Assembly: GCA_963718615.1 (NCBI GenBank)
Contig: OY970368.1
Span: 1,472,001 to 1,536,000, forward strand
Source of the DNA: an uncultured cyanobacterium
GTDB lineage: Bacteria; Cyanobacteriota; Cyanobacteriia; PCC-9006; JAAUQQ01
Length of the DNA: 64,000 bases
Direction of reading: 5' to 3'
Position 1 is the first letter of the stretch, and the number at the start of each line of letters is the position of its first letter. Shown in pieces: positions 1-10,150 of the stretch. Under the pieces are notes generated by a model that made no database searches, was not told the origin of the DNA, and was given only the letters and a program-made list of their open reading frames with translations. The translations under genes were made by a program, and so were the position numbers.

Positions 1-1735
1 CATAGTGCCCTCGCCTTTTCAGCTCTGTGGCAACAGCCGGTCCAGTTTTTGCAGCTCTCCTGGCTACAGGTAGCAGATTTACATCTGGTTTTGCCCCTGG
101 AGCTTTCTGCCCTAACGCTGGGGGCCAGTTTGGTGATTACGATTTTGAACCTCTTGGTTCAGATCTATGCCATTGGCTACCTAGAAATGGACTGGGGCTG
201 GGGTCGGCTCTATGCGCTGCTGGCTTTGTTTGAGGCGGGGATGACGGCGTTGATTCTGTGTGACTCGCTGTTCTTTAGCTATATCCTGCTGGAGATTTTG
301 ACCCTGGGAACCTACTTGATTGTGGGCTACTGGTTCAATCAGTCCCTGGTGGTGACCGGGGCGCGGGATGCGTTCTTGACCAAGCGGGTGGGAGATTTGA
401 TTTTGCTCATGGGCGTGCTAGCGCTTTACCCCTTGGCAGGAACCTGGAACTTTAGCGAGCTGGCCGTTTGGGCTCCGACGGCAGTGGTCGATCCGACGGT
501 GATGGCCTTGATCGGCATTGCGCTGGTGGCTGGACCCATTAGTAAATGTGCGCAGTTTCCCCTGCATCTTTGGCTCGACGAAGCCATGGAAGGGCCGTTG
601 CCCACGACGATTTTGCGGAACTCGGTGGTGGTGGCCACGGGGGCTTGGGTGTTGGTGAAGTTGCAGCCGGTATTGGCGCTGTCTTCGGTGGCGACGGGGT
701 TGGCGATCGCCATCGGCAGTCTCACAGCCCTTGGCGCAACCTTGATCGCAGCGGCCCAAATCGATGCCAAGCGGGTCCTCTCCTATTTGGCCAGCGCCTA
801 CATGGGCTTGATTTTCATCGCCGTCGGGGCCGGTTACGCAAACGCAGCACTGCTGTTGGTCTTTACCCACGCCGTTGCCACGGCACTGCTGCTGATGAGC
901 AGCGGCTCGATTATTTTGAATACGGTCACCCAGGACCTGACCCAAATGGGCGGACTCTGGAGCCGTCGCCCGATTACAGGATTATCCTTTCTAACCGGGA
1001 TTGCAGGCTTGATTGCGCTGCCCCCGTTCGGTGGGTTTTGGGCGCTGTTGGATTTAGTCAGTGGCCTTTGGGAAACGCAGCAGTGGGGCTTGCTCGGTGT
1101 CGTTGTTGCAACCAATGCCATTGCGGCCTTTGCCTTGGTGCGGATGTTTGGCTTGATCTTTGCAGGCGATCGCACCGCCATGACCGCCCGCGCACCGGAA
1201 CCGATTTGGCTGGTGGTGTTGCCGATGATGGCGATGACCGGGTTGACGTTACATTTGCCGATGGTGATGCATCAGTTTGCGTTGTTGCCAGAAGGGCACG
1301 TTGCTCTATGGTGCTTTGGGTTGGATTTTGTTGTGGTCTAGCGTTTTGGGAGGGGCGATCGCCACATTCTTCTACGTTTTCCCCCGTTCTGCCCAACCGG
1401 CATCGCTGTTGCCTCCGGTGCTCAATCGCTTGTTAGCCTACGATTTTTACACCCCGAAGGTTTATCAGGTGACGGCGATCGCAGCAGTGGATTTGTTGTC
1501 CAAGGGAACGGATTGGTTAGACCGCTATGTGGTGGATGGACTGGTGAATTTGGTGGGGTTAACGTCGCTGTTTAGCGGTGAAGCCTTGAAGTATGGCAAT
1601 AGCGGTCGGCTGCAGATTTATGCCCTAACGATTACGTTTTTTGTGGCAGTCATTGGCCTGTATATGGGGTGGAGTTATTTACCCAAATTAGTGTCCACCC
1701 ATCCGGCTTTAAATACCCTTTCCATTCAACCTTAA
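1..1735 (+). CDS. ndhF3: NAD(P)H-quinone oxidoreductase subunit F3 (CO2-uptake NDH-1); 5' end lies outside the window; apparent +1 frameshift at ~1294-1297
   Basis: Frame 1 is open from base 1 and has NdhF motifs (KCAQFPLHLWLDEAMEGP, RDAFLTKRVGD). The NdhF C-terminus (LLAYDFYTPKVY, WLDRYVVDGLVN, YGNSGRLQ) continues in frame 2 to 1735. Lies upstream of ndhD3-cupA-cupS. Confidence 0.9.
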
Positions 1736-1772
1736 TCCCTTTATTCATCCCCCTGATTTTCCTGAAGCCTCC

Positions 1773-3293
1773 ATGCTAAATCCTCTCATTTGGCTACCGG
1801 TTGCCGGAGCCCTGTTAATCGCCTTTATTCCGATTCAGATTTCTGCCAAAACCGCTCGTTCTACGGCCTTAGCCGTATCCGGGACCGTTCTACTCTGGAC
1901 GATTTGGTTGTTTACCCAGTTCGACCTTGCCAACGCCGAGTTCCAAATGCGGGAGTTCATGCCTTGGCTACCCATGCTGGGATTAAACTACGACCTGGCC
2001 TTGGACGGACTGTCGCTGATGATGGTGGTGCTCAACAGTTTGCTCACCTGGATTGCCATTTATAGCAGTTCCAGCGAAACCGAACGGCCTCGGTTTTTCT
2101 ATTCCCTGATTCTGCTGGTCAGCGGTGGCGTTGCCGGGGCCTTTTTAGCTCAGAATTTGCTCTTGTTCTTCCTGCTCTTTGAAATCGAACTTGTCCCCCT
2201 CTATTTCTTGATTTCGATTTGGGGCGGCGAGAAACGGGACTATGCGGCGACCAAGTTTTTGTTGTATACGGCGATCGCCGGAGCCCTCATCCTTACTGGC
2301 TTCCTCGGTACCGTTTGGCTGGGCGGTAACCTCGATTTCTCCTACGCCAACGTCCTGCAACTGCAACTGCCCTGGGCCAGCCAAGTGATTCTGCTGGGAA
2401 TTTTGCTTGTGGGCTTTGGCATCAAAATTCCCCTGGTTCCCTTCCACACCTGGCTCCCCGACACCTACGTCACCGCCTCGCCTCCCGTTGCGATTTTGCT
2501 CGGTGGTGTTCTCGCTAAACTCGGCACCTACGGCATTTTTCGGTTTGGTTTAGGGCTATTTCCTGAGGCTTGGGCGGTTTTATCCCCCGGTTTAGCGGTG
2601 TGGGCAGCGATTAGCGTGTTGTATGGGTCGGTGACGGCGATCGCCCAGAAGGATATCAAACGTATGGTGGCCTACAGCTCCATTGGTCACATGGGCTACG
2701 TCATGCTGGGCGGTGCAGCTTTTACCGAACTCAGCCTCATCGGTGCCATTTCCCAAATGGTCTCCCACGGGTTGATTCTGGCGTTGCTGTTTCATCTCGT
2801 TGGTCTGGTCGAAGCCAAGGTCGGCACCCGCCAATTAGATGTCCTGAACGGTCTAATGAACCCGCTCCGGGGTCTCCCCATGGTCAGTGCGTTGCTGGTC
2901 CTCAGCGGTATGGCCAGCGCTGGCATTCCCGGATTGGTGGGCTTTATCACAGAATTTCTAGTCTTCCAAGGCAGCTACAGCGTCTTCCCCGTTCAAACGT
3001 TGCTCTGCGTGGTGGGCACTGGTTTAACCGCTGTGTACTTCGTGATTTTGATCAACCGCACCTGCTTCGGTCGTTTGGATAGCCAAAAAGCCTACTACGG
3101 CAAAGTTAGCTTCGACGAACGTATTCCGGCCCTAGTTTTAGCAACGTTGGTCGTTGCCTTGGGTTTACAACCCAATTGGTTAGTTCACTGGAGTAGTGCA
3201 ACATCCGCCTCCTTAGTGGCCGCCGTGCCTCATTTTGAAGCGGTGCAAGTTGCCGATGCAAATGGAATGGATTCAGATCTCAACATCCCCTAG
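1773..3293 (+). CDS. ndhD3: NAD(P)H-quinone oxidoreductase subunit D3 (NuoM family)
   Basis: Motifs KIPLVPFHTWLPD, LAKLGTYG, KRMVAYSSIGHMG; operon context. Confidence 0.92.
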   Translation: MLNPLIWLPVAGALLIAFIPIQISAKTARSTALAVSGTVLLWTIWLFTQFDLANAEFQMREFMPWLPMLGLNYDLALDGLSLMMVVLNSLLTWIAIYSSSSETERPRFFYSLILLVSGGVAGAFLAQNLLLFFLLFEIELVPLYFLISIWGGEKRDYAATKFLLYTAIAGALILTGFLGTVWLGGNLDFSYANVLQLQLPWASQVILLGILLVGFGIKIPLVPFHTWLPDTYVTASPPVAILLGGVLAKLGTYGIFRFGLGLFPEAWAVLSPGLAVWAAISVLYGSVTAIAQKDIKRMVAYSSIGHMGYVMLGGAAFTELSLIGAISQMVSHGLILALLFHLVGLVEAKVGTRQLDVLNGLMNPLRGLPMVSALLVLSGMASAGIPGLVGFITEFLVFQGSYSVFPVQTLLCVVGTGLTAVYFVILINRTCFGRLDSQKAYYGKVSFDERIPALVLATLVVALGLQPNWLVHWSSATSASLVAAVPHFEAVQVADANGMDSDLNIP

Positions 3294-3324
3294 TGGTCAA
3301 TCGAACTGACCCCACCCAACAGCC

Positions 3325-3347
3325 GGACGAACGCAGTTCGTCCCTAC
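3325..3347. repeat. REP-like palindrome GGACGAAC-GCA-GTTCGTCC-CTAC
   Basis: 8-bp stem with a CTAC (GTAG) foot; the same family recurs at 48009-48079. Confidence 0.6.
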
Positions 3348-3369
3348 GCCCCATCACCCCATTGTCCCA

Positions 3370-4665
3370 ATGCCCACCGCAACCTTAACCGCCCCAATTA
3401 TCCCCCCCTCCACCCACCCCTTCGCCGACATCATCCATCGCCTCGAAGCCGGTGGTTCGATGTTGCCCGATACCCCCGATAACCTCAAGCAAATTATCGG
3501 CATTTACAAAGCCTATGCCGTCCCCATGGACTTCTACTGGCGCGACTTGTTGTATATCGCCGAGCGGGTATTTCTCAACCCCTTACCCGCCTTCAAATAC
3601 TTCATTTCTCAAGATTATCTCGATCGCCCTAATTGCTATGCCGGAGACAGCGCCGACCTGCGCATTTGGCGAGGTGAGGCCGATGCCCATCCCGAATTAC
3701 GGGAGTTTATGGACCAGGGAGAGGCTAAACGCAAACTGCCTCGGTTGCTGCATCATCTTTGGCATGATCGCGTCAATATGGAATTTGCCGAAGCCTGTAT
3801 GCAGGCGATGTTTTGGCATGAGGATATCAATCCGAGATTCAACGAATATCTCGACAGTGACGAATATAAAGCCAACGCCGATCGCGCCATCCGCGCCTAT
3901 TTCAAAGGCAATCCAGTCATGCTGGGGCTTTATAAACTCTTTCCAGAAATGTTCCTAGAGCAGGTCAAACGCCTGTCCTACTACGCCAATCTTGGCCTGT
4001 TTTGGGAAGTTATGGCTCCGGTCTTTTTTGAAATGAGTGACCTGTACGACGAAGGGAAACTCACCAGCGTGCCTGAAGCCATGCAATTCCTAGTCAATGG
4101 AATTTTCGCCGTAGCCGGTCGCCCCATTTACCATCACGTCTACATCGGTGGCCAATGCTTTGAAATCATTCCCAAAGCCCAAGGCTTCACCTGGCTCTAC
4201 GAAGCCGCCCTGCCCTACGTCGAAGCCGTGTTTTACCGCACCGCCCCCTTTCGCGGCACCAAATCCTATAACGCTCAGGCCGGTCAGGTCCCCAGCAAAC
4301 AAAAGGATTTTCACTACGGCATCCTCTACGCCGATGTCTTTCCTGTCGGTAGTGCAGGCATTCCCCCAACGTTGCTGATGCAAGATATGCTCCACTTCCT
4401 GCCCGACTACCTCGTGGAAGAATACCGCCAACACAGCCGGGGCGAAGACGACATGCTAATTCAGCTGGGCATCACCTTCCAGCGGTCCATGTACAACGTC
4501 ACCTCCGCCGTCATCCAAGCCCTACGTTGCGCTCTACTCTATCCCCTGGACGACCCCAATCCTGAACACCTCAAAGCCAATCGTCAGTTCTTTGAGCAAC
4601 AGATCGATCGCTTCACCCGCCCTGAAGCTCGCCTCCGCGATGTTCAACGTCAGGATTACCGCTAA
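3370..4665 (+). CDS. cupA: CO2 hydration protein CupA/ChpY
   Basis: Motifs IHRLEAGGSMLPDTP, EFAEAC, FRGTKSYNAQA; 431 aa fits the CupA size class; followed by cupS. Confidence 0.93.
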   Translation: MPTATLTAPIIPPSTHPFADIIHRLEAGGSMLPDTPDNLKQIIGIYKAYAVPMDFYWRDLLYIAERVFLNPLPAFKYFISQDYLDRPNCYAGDSADLRIWRGEADAHPELREFMDQGEAKRKLPRLLHHLWHDRVNMEFAEACMQAMFWHEDINPRFNEYLDSDEYKANADRAIRAYFKGNPVMLGLYKLFPEMFLEQVKRLSYYANLGLFWEVMAPVFFEMSDLYDEGKLTSVPEAMQFLVNGIFAVAGRPIYHHVYIGGQCFEIIPKAQGFTWLYEAALPYVEAVFYRTAPFRGTKSYNAQAGQVPSKQKDFHYGILYADVFPVGSAGIPPTLLMQDMLHFLPDYLVEEYRQHSRGEDDMLIQLGITFQRSMYNVTSAVIQALRCALLYPLDDPNPEHLKANRQFFEQQIDRFTRPEARLRDVQRQDYR

Positions 4666-4686
4666 CCCCATTCCCCCATCCTCCCC

Positions 4687-5085
4687 ATGGCCAACATTGT
4701 TGAAATCGCCGTAAACACCCCTGGCTTCTCCACCCTCGTTGCAGCAGTGCAAGCAGCGGGGCTCGTCGAAGCCCTTGCCTCTCCGGAACCCTTCACCGTC
4801 TTTGCCCCCAATGACGACGCCTTTGCCAAGCTGCCCCCTGGCACCGTCCAAACCCTGGTGGATAACCCGCCCCAGCTTGCCCGGATTTTGAAATACCATG
4901 TCGTTTCCGGCATCTATTCGCAAGAACAACTCGCCACCGCTAGCCCGTTAACCTCCCTAGAAGGCTCGCCCATCCCCGTTCGTCTCAACCCGTTTGAGGT
5001 CAAAAATGCGACGGTTTTAGCCGCTGACATTGAGGCGGACAATGGCATTATCCATGTGATTGATACGGTAATATTGATGGGATAA
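4687..5085 (+). CDS. cupS: Fasciclin-domain protein CupS
   Basis: FAS1 motifs [11 protein letters not shown] and [10 protein letters not shown]; directly after cupA. Confidence 0.9.
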   Translation: MANIVEIAVNTPGFSTLVAAVQAAGLVEALASPEPFTVFAPNDDAFAKLPPGTVQTLVDNPPQLARILKYHVVSGIYSQEQLATASPLTSLEGSPIPVRLNPFEVKNATVLAADIEADNGIIHVIDTVILMG

Positions 5086-5213
5086 GTTCTCTGATTCAGT
5101 TGTCTGATAGGTTCTCCAATGATTTTCGTTGGTATAATCAGAATGATGGGTGAGACAGACTGTGTCTCTAGCCTTGTCTAGCAGCGTCTTTGGAGGCTTC
5201 TGCGGAGCAGTCT

Positions 5214-5309
5214 GATAGACCGAAAAATTCGGCTTTTGCTCTGGGGATATACAGAAAAGTTCTGCCTATCTCCCTTTCTGGGGGTGATATACGGAAAAAT
5301 TCTGTATAC
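5214..5309. repeat. Three imperfect palindromic repeats, consensus GATA(T/G)ACNGAAAANTTC(T/G)G
   Basis: Copies start at 5214, 5246 and 5286, upstream of the KAP NTPase gene. Confidence 0.55.
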
Positions 5310-5707
5310 TGAATTGTTATGCTCTCAGAAAAACTGTGATCACGACAGTTCAGTCTACGAGTACATTTTTTGGGGTTTGACCATCATCAAAGTCGTGCCA
5401 GTCTGATTTTTCTAACAAAGATAATACCTATAAGAATCATGGAAGACTCCGCTAGAAAATATCAAGCAGGTTTGGATTGTAAAAAAGCAGAAGAAGCACT
5501 TGAAGCATTTCTAGAAGAGTCGAATGACAAGGCTAAAGTATTTGCCATTAAAGGAGATTGGGGAATCGGGAAGACACACTTAGTAAAAGCATTTCTGGCA
5601 AACAGAAAAAAAGAGTATCATTATGCCTCTGTTTTCGGAGTTTCAACTGTTGACGAATTAAAAGTGAAATTATGGAGCAATTTTAAGTCAGACAAACAAG
5701 AAAAAAG

Positions 5708-6566
5708 GGTAGTGCCTTTAGCTGGGGGATGAGTATGTTGTGGCCATTAGAGAAAGAAAAAGCAAACTGGGTAAGACCCTTCTGTGCCAATTGCGATGAC
5801 TCAAGAGCTGCTTCATTGTCCTAACTGTCTATCTGAAGATATCAGCCGTAACGGCTTCAACGATCGCGGTACTCAAAGCTATAAATGTCGAGATTGCCAT
5901 CGCCGGTTTGTCCTGACTCCGAAATCCCTTCCCTTGAGCGATGAAGAGATAGCCTTGCTCGAACGTTTATTGCTTGAAAGGCTGGCCATTGCTGGAATTG
6001 CTCGGGTGATGCAGCGCTCCGAGAGCTGCATTCAGACCTACGTCAACGCCAAAGCTAAAACCGTTGCTCGGGAGGTGGAAGTGACGAAGAAAGTAAAAAA
6101 GCTCTGACGGTCCAGATGGACGAACTCTGGTCGTTCGTGGACCATAAAGGAAATAAACAGTGGGTTTGGATTGCTCTAGATGCGGACACTCGCGAAATCA
6201 TTGGCCTTTATATCGGGGACCGAAGTGCTAAATCTGCCGAAGCTTTATGGCGGTCTCTACCGGGAGTGTACCGCCAATGTGCAGTCATCTACACCGATTA
6301 TTGGGAGAGCTATGCCTGTGTGCTTCCTAGCCAACGCCACCGAGCGGTTGGGAAAGAAAGCGGGCTGACGAGCTACATCGAGAGGTTCAACTGCACCCTG
6401 CGGCAAAGGGTGTCGCGCTTGGTCCGAAAGGCGCTCTCGTTTTCAAAGAAACAAGAGAACCACGAGGCTGCGATCTGGAATTTCGTTCACCATTACAACC
6501 AGCAATTGCGCCTTAAGCAGGCTCATGCCGCTTCATTCTCTCCAGCACCCACATAATTGGACTACC
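5708..6566 (+). mobile_element. IS1-family insertion sequence (859 bp) with 8-bp target-site duplication GAAAAAAG
   Basis: Ends GGTAGT...ACTACC; GAAAAAAG at 5700-5707 and 6567-6574; contains insA and insB. Confidence 0.93.
5796..6556 (+). CDS. IS1 transposase InsA-InsB joined by a programmed -1 frameshift
   Basis: InsA has a zinc ribbon (CPNC...YKCRDC) and stops at 6107. InsB has the DDE region (MDELWSFV, YTDYW, IERFN). A slippery A-AAA-AAG at 6095-6101 joins the two frames as ...KKALTVQMDELW. Confidence 0.88.
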
Positions 6567-8152
6567 GAAAAAAGCAGTGAAGCCAATAGATCTAACCTTA
6601 GAAGTTGGTTCAAACCTATAAAAGATAATTCGCAAAACATAGGAAGTCTGATAGAAGCAATTTCGACAAAAAGAGAATATGGGGCTGGATTTACACTAGC
6701 AATTAGTGCATTACTAAGCAATCTTGTGCTTAGTAATGCACTTCAGAAGAAATTGATCTGCATTGATGATCTTGAAAGAAGACCAGGGAAATTTTCCCTG
6801 GATGAACTATTAGGGTTTATCGAAAATTTAGCGGAAGAGAAGGAATGCAAAGTCATACTCATTTATAATGAAAGCAAAATAGTCGAAGATCCTCAGGCGA
6901 GTAATACTTTAAAGGAATATAGAGAAAAGGTAATCGACTACGAAATAAAATTAGATCCTGACTCGGTTGAGAACTTTCATATTGGTTTCGGAAATACTGA
7001 TCCCGATGAAGATATAGTTTTGAATTATCTCAGCAAAGAAAATATTCAAGTTAATAATATTAGGGTTTTCAAAAAGCTGAAATGGAACCTGGACAAGTTC
7101 AGGCCCCATATTGCTGATTTTTCGCCCAGGGTTCGAGAGCGAATAATCAACGAAATAATTTTTATATCTTTATCAAAGCTAGACAATAATTTTCCTGTCA
7201 ATCTAGACGAACTAGTGTCACTAGGGGACTTCTCAAAACTCTTATCTGAAAGAGAAGAGGAAGGGCGAGATATTTATCTTTTGGCTATCAATCTCGGCTA
7301 CACAAATTCAGAAATCAGCAGTGAAATAATTTGTTTGGTTGAAACATCTTTTTGTGATTATCAAAGATTCTGTGGAGAGGGCAAAAGACTAAACGACAGA
7401 GAAATCCAACATGAGATTAGAGAAAAACTTCATGAGGCTTATAGGCCATACTTAGAGTCTTTTGAATCTGTTGAAGATGACCTTCAAAAGAATTTAACAG
7501 AATTTCTCGATAAATACTGTAAGTATCTGGATTTTCAAGAACTTCAAGGACTTAAAAGTATTTCAGAGGCAATCGACATAAACATTAACAGCTATGTCGA
7601 TACATGGATTAAACATCAAATTAATTGCTCTGATAAACTTGATGACTTATACAGATTGAAAGAAACTCTTCAGGATAATCATGCTTATGATAATAAAGAA
7701 TTAATTACTGAACTTGAAAGTAAGATTTCTGATTTTGAAAAGGATATAAGTATTGATGCAATACTTGTTCGAACTCTAACCGAGAAAAGGTGGTCCAGAA
7801 AAGACGTTAGCTTTTTGGATGCACGTACCCCAACACAGTGGGAACAATGGCTGTTGGAACGGCATCCTGATAAAGGCTTTATGGTTAGACAAGGGCTTAG
7901 CATGGAAGAGGAATTTTCTGAAACCTTAAGGGAAGTCATCATTGAGCTAGCGAAGAAAAGTAAGTTAAATGCCATGAGAGCAGAAAAGATTTGTAGAATA
8001 GACCTCTTGCATAAATCATGAAACTTAACGGATTCAATAGGGTTGCAGCCTTCAAGAGGGTATTCGTGCAAGAGGTCTAATCAGTTCTCCAACCAATAAG
8101 TTCTCTAAAAGTTCTCCAATGTGTTGATTTGGTTCTGCCAGTACACTAGGGC

Positions 8153-10108
8153 CTAGGTCGTACTCTTATAGGCTTCAAAGCGGCTGCGCAATTCTGCCAC
8201 CGTCAGGTCCTGGGACCAATACTCCACCAGTCCATGACCAAAGGCCCAGGCATCTCGCGTCACGGTCGTGGAGGTATCCTCTATGGAAACTGCGTCTTCT
8301 AATAAGAGGGGCCAAAGTCTGAGTAAGTCAAATCCGAGGGGACCCGCTTCTGGCTTTAGGAGCGCGAATAAATCGTAGGCCATTTGTAGTTTACCGACGA
8401 CGATGGGTACTTTTTCTACCGGTATCTGTTGCAATAACACCTGGGCTAAAGCCGGGGAGCCCGTAGTCAAGGTTGAAAGAAACTGTAGCACCGGGCTCTT
8501 GAGGAGGGCGGTGAGCCCCTGGGTGGTTGCCATTTGGAAGACGTACTGATCAATGATCTTGGCGGTGGCCACCGTTCGGGCTTCTTGGTTGCGCAAAAAT
8601 CGCGCCAGCCGTAGTTGCTTTGCGGGGTCAATGGTTTCCAGGAGAACCAGGGCTAATGTCTCCGCATTCCAGGCGGCTCGGTCGCTTGCGCGATCGCCCG
8701 TCACCACGGGCAACACCTGTTCAGACAGCGCCCCAAACTGTTCGATGCGATATTGCGTTGCCTCGCGAATGGCGCGTTCCTTGGGGCGATCGCCCCCCAG
8801 CCAATCGTAGGGCGGTTCCCACTCTCGCACGGGCCGCAAGCGATCCACCTGGGTCAGAATCACTAACACCGGCAAATCCGCCATGGAGTCCCGCAGGGTC
8901 TGCAAAAAATCGACATCCATCTGCAACGCCGGATCCAACGCCGGGGTGACCAACAGCAGCAAATCCGCTGTCTGGGCATAGTCTAAAACCAACTCCCGCA
9001 GATCGGCCCGCTGTACCTGTTCATACCCCGGTGTATCCCAAAGATTGAGTGTTTCAGCCTGAATCTGCCAGGAATAGTTTTGGATCTGGTCGGTGCTGGG
9101 CAAGACATCTACTACGGCCTGGTCCGTGGAGAACAGTGTATTAATCACACTGCTTTTGCCCGCTCCCGTGCGGCCCACGAGCAAAATGTTTAGCGGTTGC
9201 TGAACCATCTGTTCGGTCGGCTCGGCTCGATCCAAAATAGCTCGTAAGGTCTCAGTTTTAGCCTGGGGCAAGGTTGCTGGCAGCGGCTCCGGCGCAACTG
9301 CCGAGCGGGGTAAACTGTCGCCGCTATAGAGAACGATCGCCTGCTGAGCCAAATTTCGTAATGCCGCCTCGCGCAAAAGCTGACTCAGGTTGAACAGCAA
9401 CTGTTGGTTGGCACGAGTACCATAGTTCTGGCTGGCCGTGCGGGCGATCGCCGCTGCCGGGTTTACCACCCACTGGACCCAAGTCCAAGCCTTCCAGAGC
9501 TTGCGGGCCGAGGGTTCCAGCTTTCGATAGGTTTCATAGGCTTGGTAGGCTTGTCCCACGGTCACTTGGTTGAGCGCCGGGGCCAATTTTTGCATCCACT
9601 GATCCATATCATCGGTGGTGCCGCGAATCAGCGCGTAGGCTTGGGGCACATAGATGTTGAGCAGCGGATATTTGACTTCTGGGTGGTAAATGTGGGCAAT
9701 TTCCACCACCACGCTGCGGCAGCGCTGCCAAAACGTCGGCCAGTCTTCCCAGAGGGGGCGATCGCCCTGGGTCATTTGCAAAATCCTTTGGAGTGCCGCT
9801 TCCGCCTGCTGGACCTGATTCCGTTGAGCTGGGCTGCCTTCCACAGTTGCATTAGCAAAGGCTTCAGCGGTGGCCTCCAGTTCTTCGGTGACCGCCTCCA
9901 ACGTCGACTCGATTTGGGCAAATCCCGACCGCGTCCAGCGCACCAGCAGCCAGCGCCAGCCCACCAACACCAGGGTAAACAGCGCCCAGATCCAGGTTAG
10001 TCCCCAAGCTTGAATCTGGGAGCCTGCCGCGATCAAAATGAAGAGGGCGATCGCCCCGATCGGAGCCACTAAAACCGCCCACTGCCAAGCTTTGAGCCGA
10101 ATTCCCAT
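8153..10108 (-). CDS. Membrane-anchored GTPase-domain protein (MMR_HSR1/YcjF-like)
   Basis: Two N-terminal TM segments; G1 GRTGAGKSS, G3 DTPG, G4 TQVD. Confidence 0.8.
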   Translation of the reverse strand: MGIRLKAWQWAVLVAPIGAIALFILIAAGSQIQAWGLTWIWALFTLVLVGWRWLLVRWTRSGFAQIESTLEAVTEELEATAEAFANATVEGSPAQRNQVQQAEAALQRILQMTQGDRPLWEDWPTFWQRCRSVVVEIAHIYHPEVKYPLLNIYVPQAYALIRGTTDDMDQWMQKLAPALNQVTVGQAYQAYETYRKLEPSARKLWKAWTWVQWVVNPAAAIARTASQNYGTRANQQLLFNLSQLLREAALRNLAQQAIVLYSGDSLPRSAVAPEPLPATLPQAKTETLRAILDRAEPTEQMVQQPLNILLVGRTGAGKSSVINTLFSTDQAVVDVLPSTDQIQNYSWQIQAETLNLWDTPGYEQVQRADLRELVLDYAQTADLLLLVTPALDPALQMDVDFLQTLRDSMADLPVLVILTQVDRLRPVREWEPPYDWLGGDRPKERAIREATQYRIEQFGALSEQVLPVVTGDRASDRAAWNAETLALVLLETIDPAKQLRLARFLRNQEARTVATAKIIDQYVFQMATTQGLTALLKSPVLQFLSTLTTGSPALAQVLLQQIPVEKVPIVVGKLQMAYDLFALLKPEAGPLGFDLLRLWPLLLEDAVSIEDTSTTVTRDAWAFGHGLVEYWSQDLTVAELRSRFEAYKSTT

Positions 10109-10150
10109 AGTCTCATCCCCGCTGCTAGCGTTTTCTCTCTCCCTCCCCGA

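Larger units (their letters stand above)
5439..8021 (+). pseudogene. KAP-family P-loop NTPase interrupted by IS1 (reconstituted length ~571 aa)
   Basis: Walker A GDWGIGKT lies before the IS; Walker B LICIDDLER and YREKVID lie after it. Removing the IS and one TSD copy restores the in-frame reading ...DKQEKSSEANR.... AT-rich, no HIP1. Confidence 0.85.

Noticed and set aside
5214-5309. CRISPR array
   Set aside because: Only three divergent copies with 12-15 nt gaps, and no cas genes in the window.
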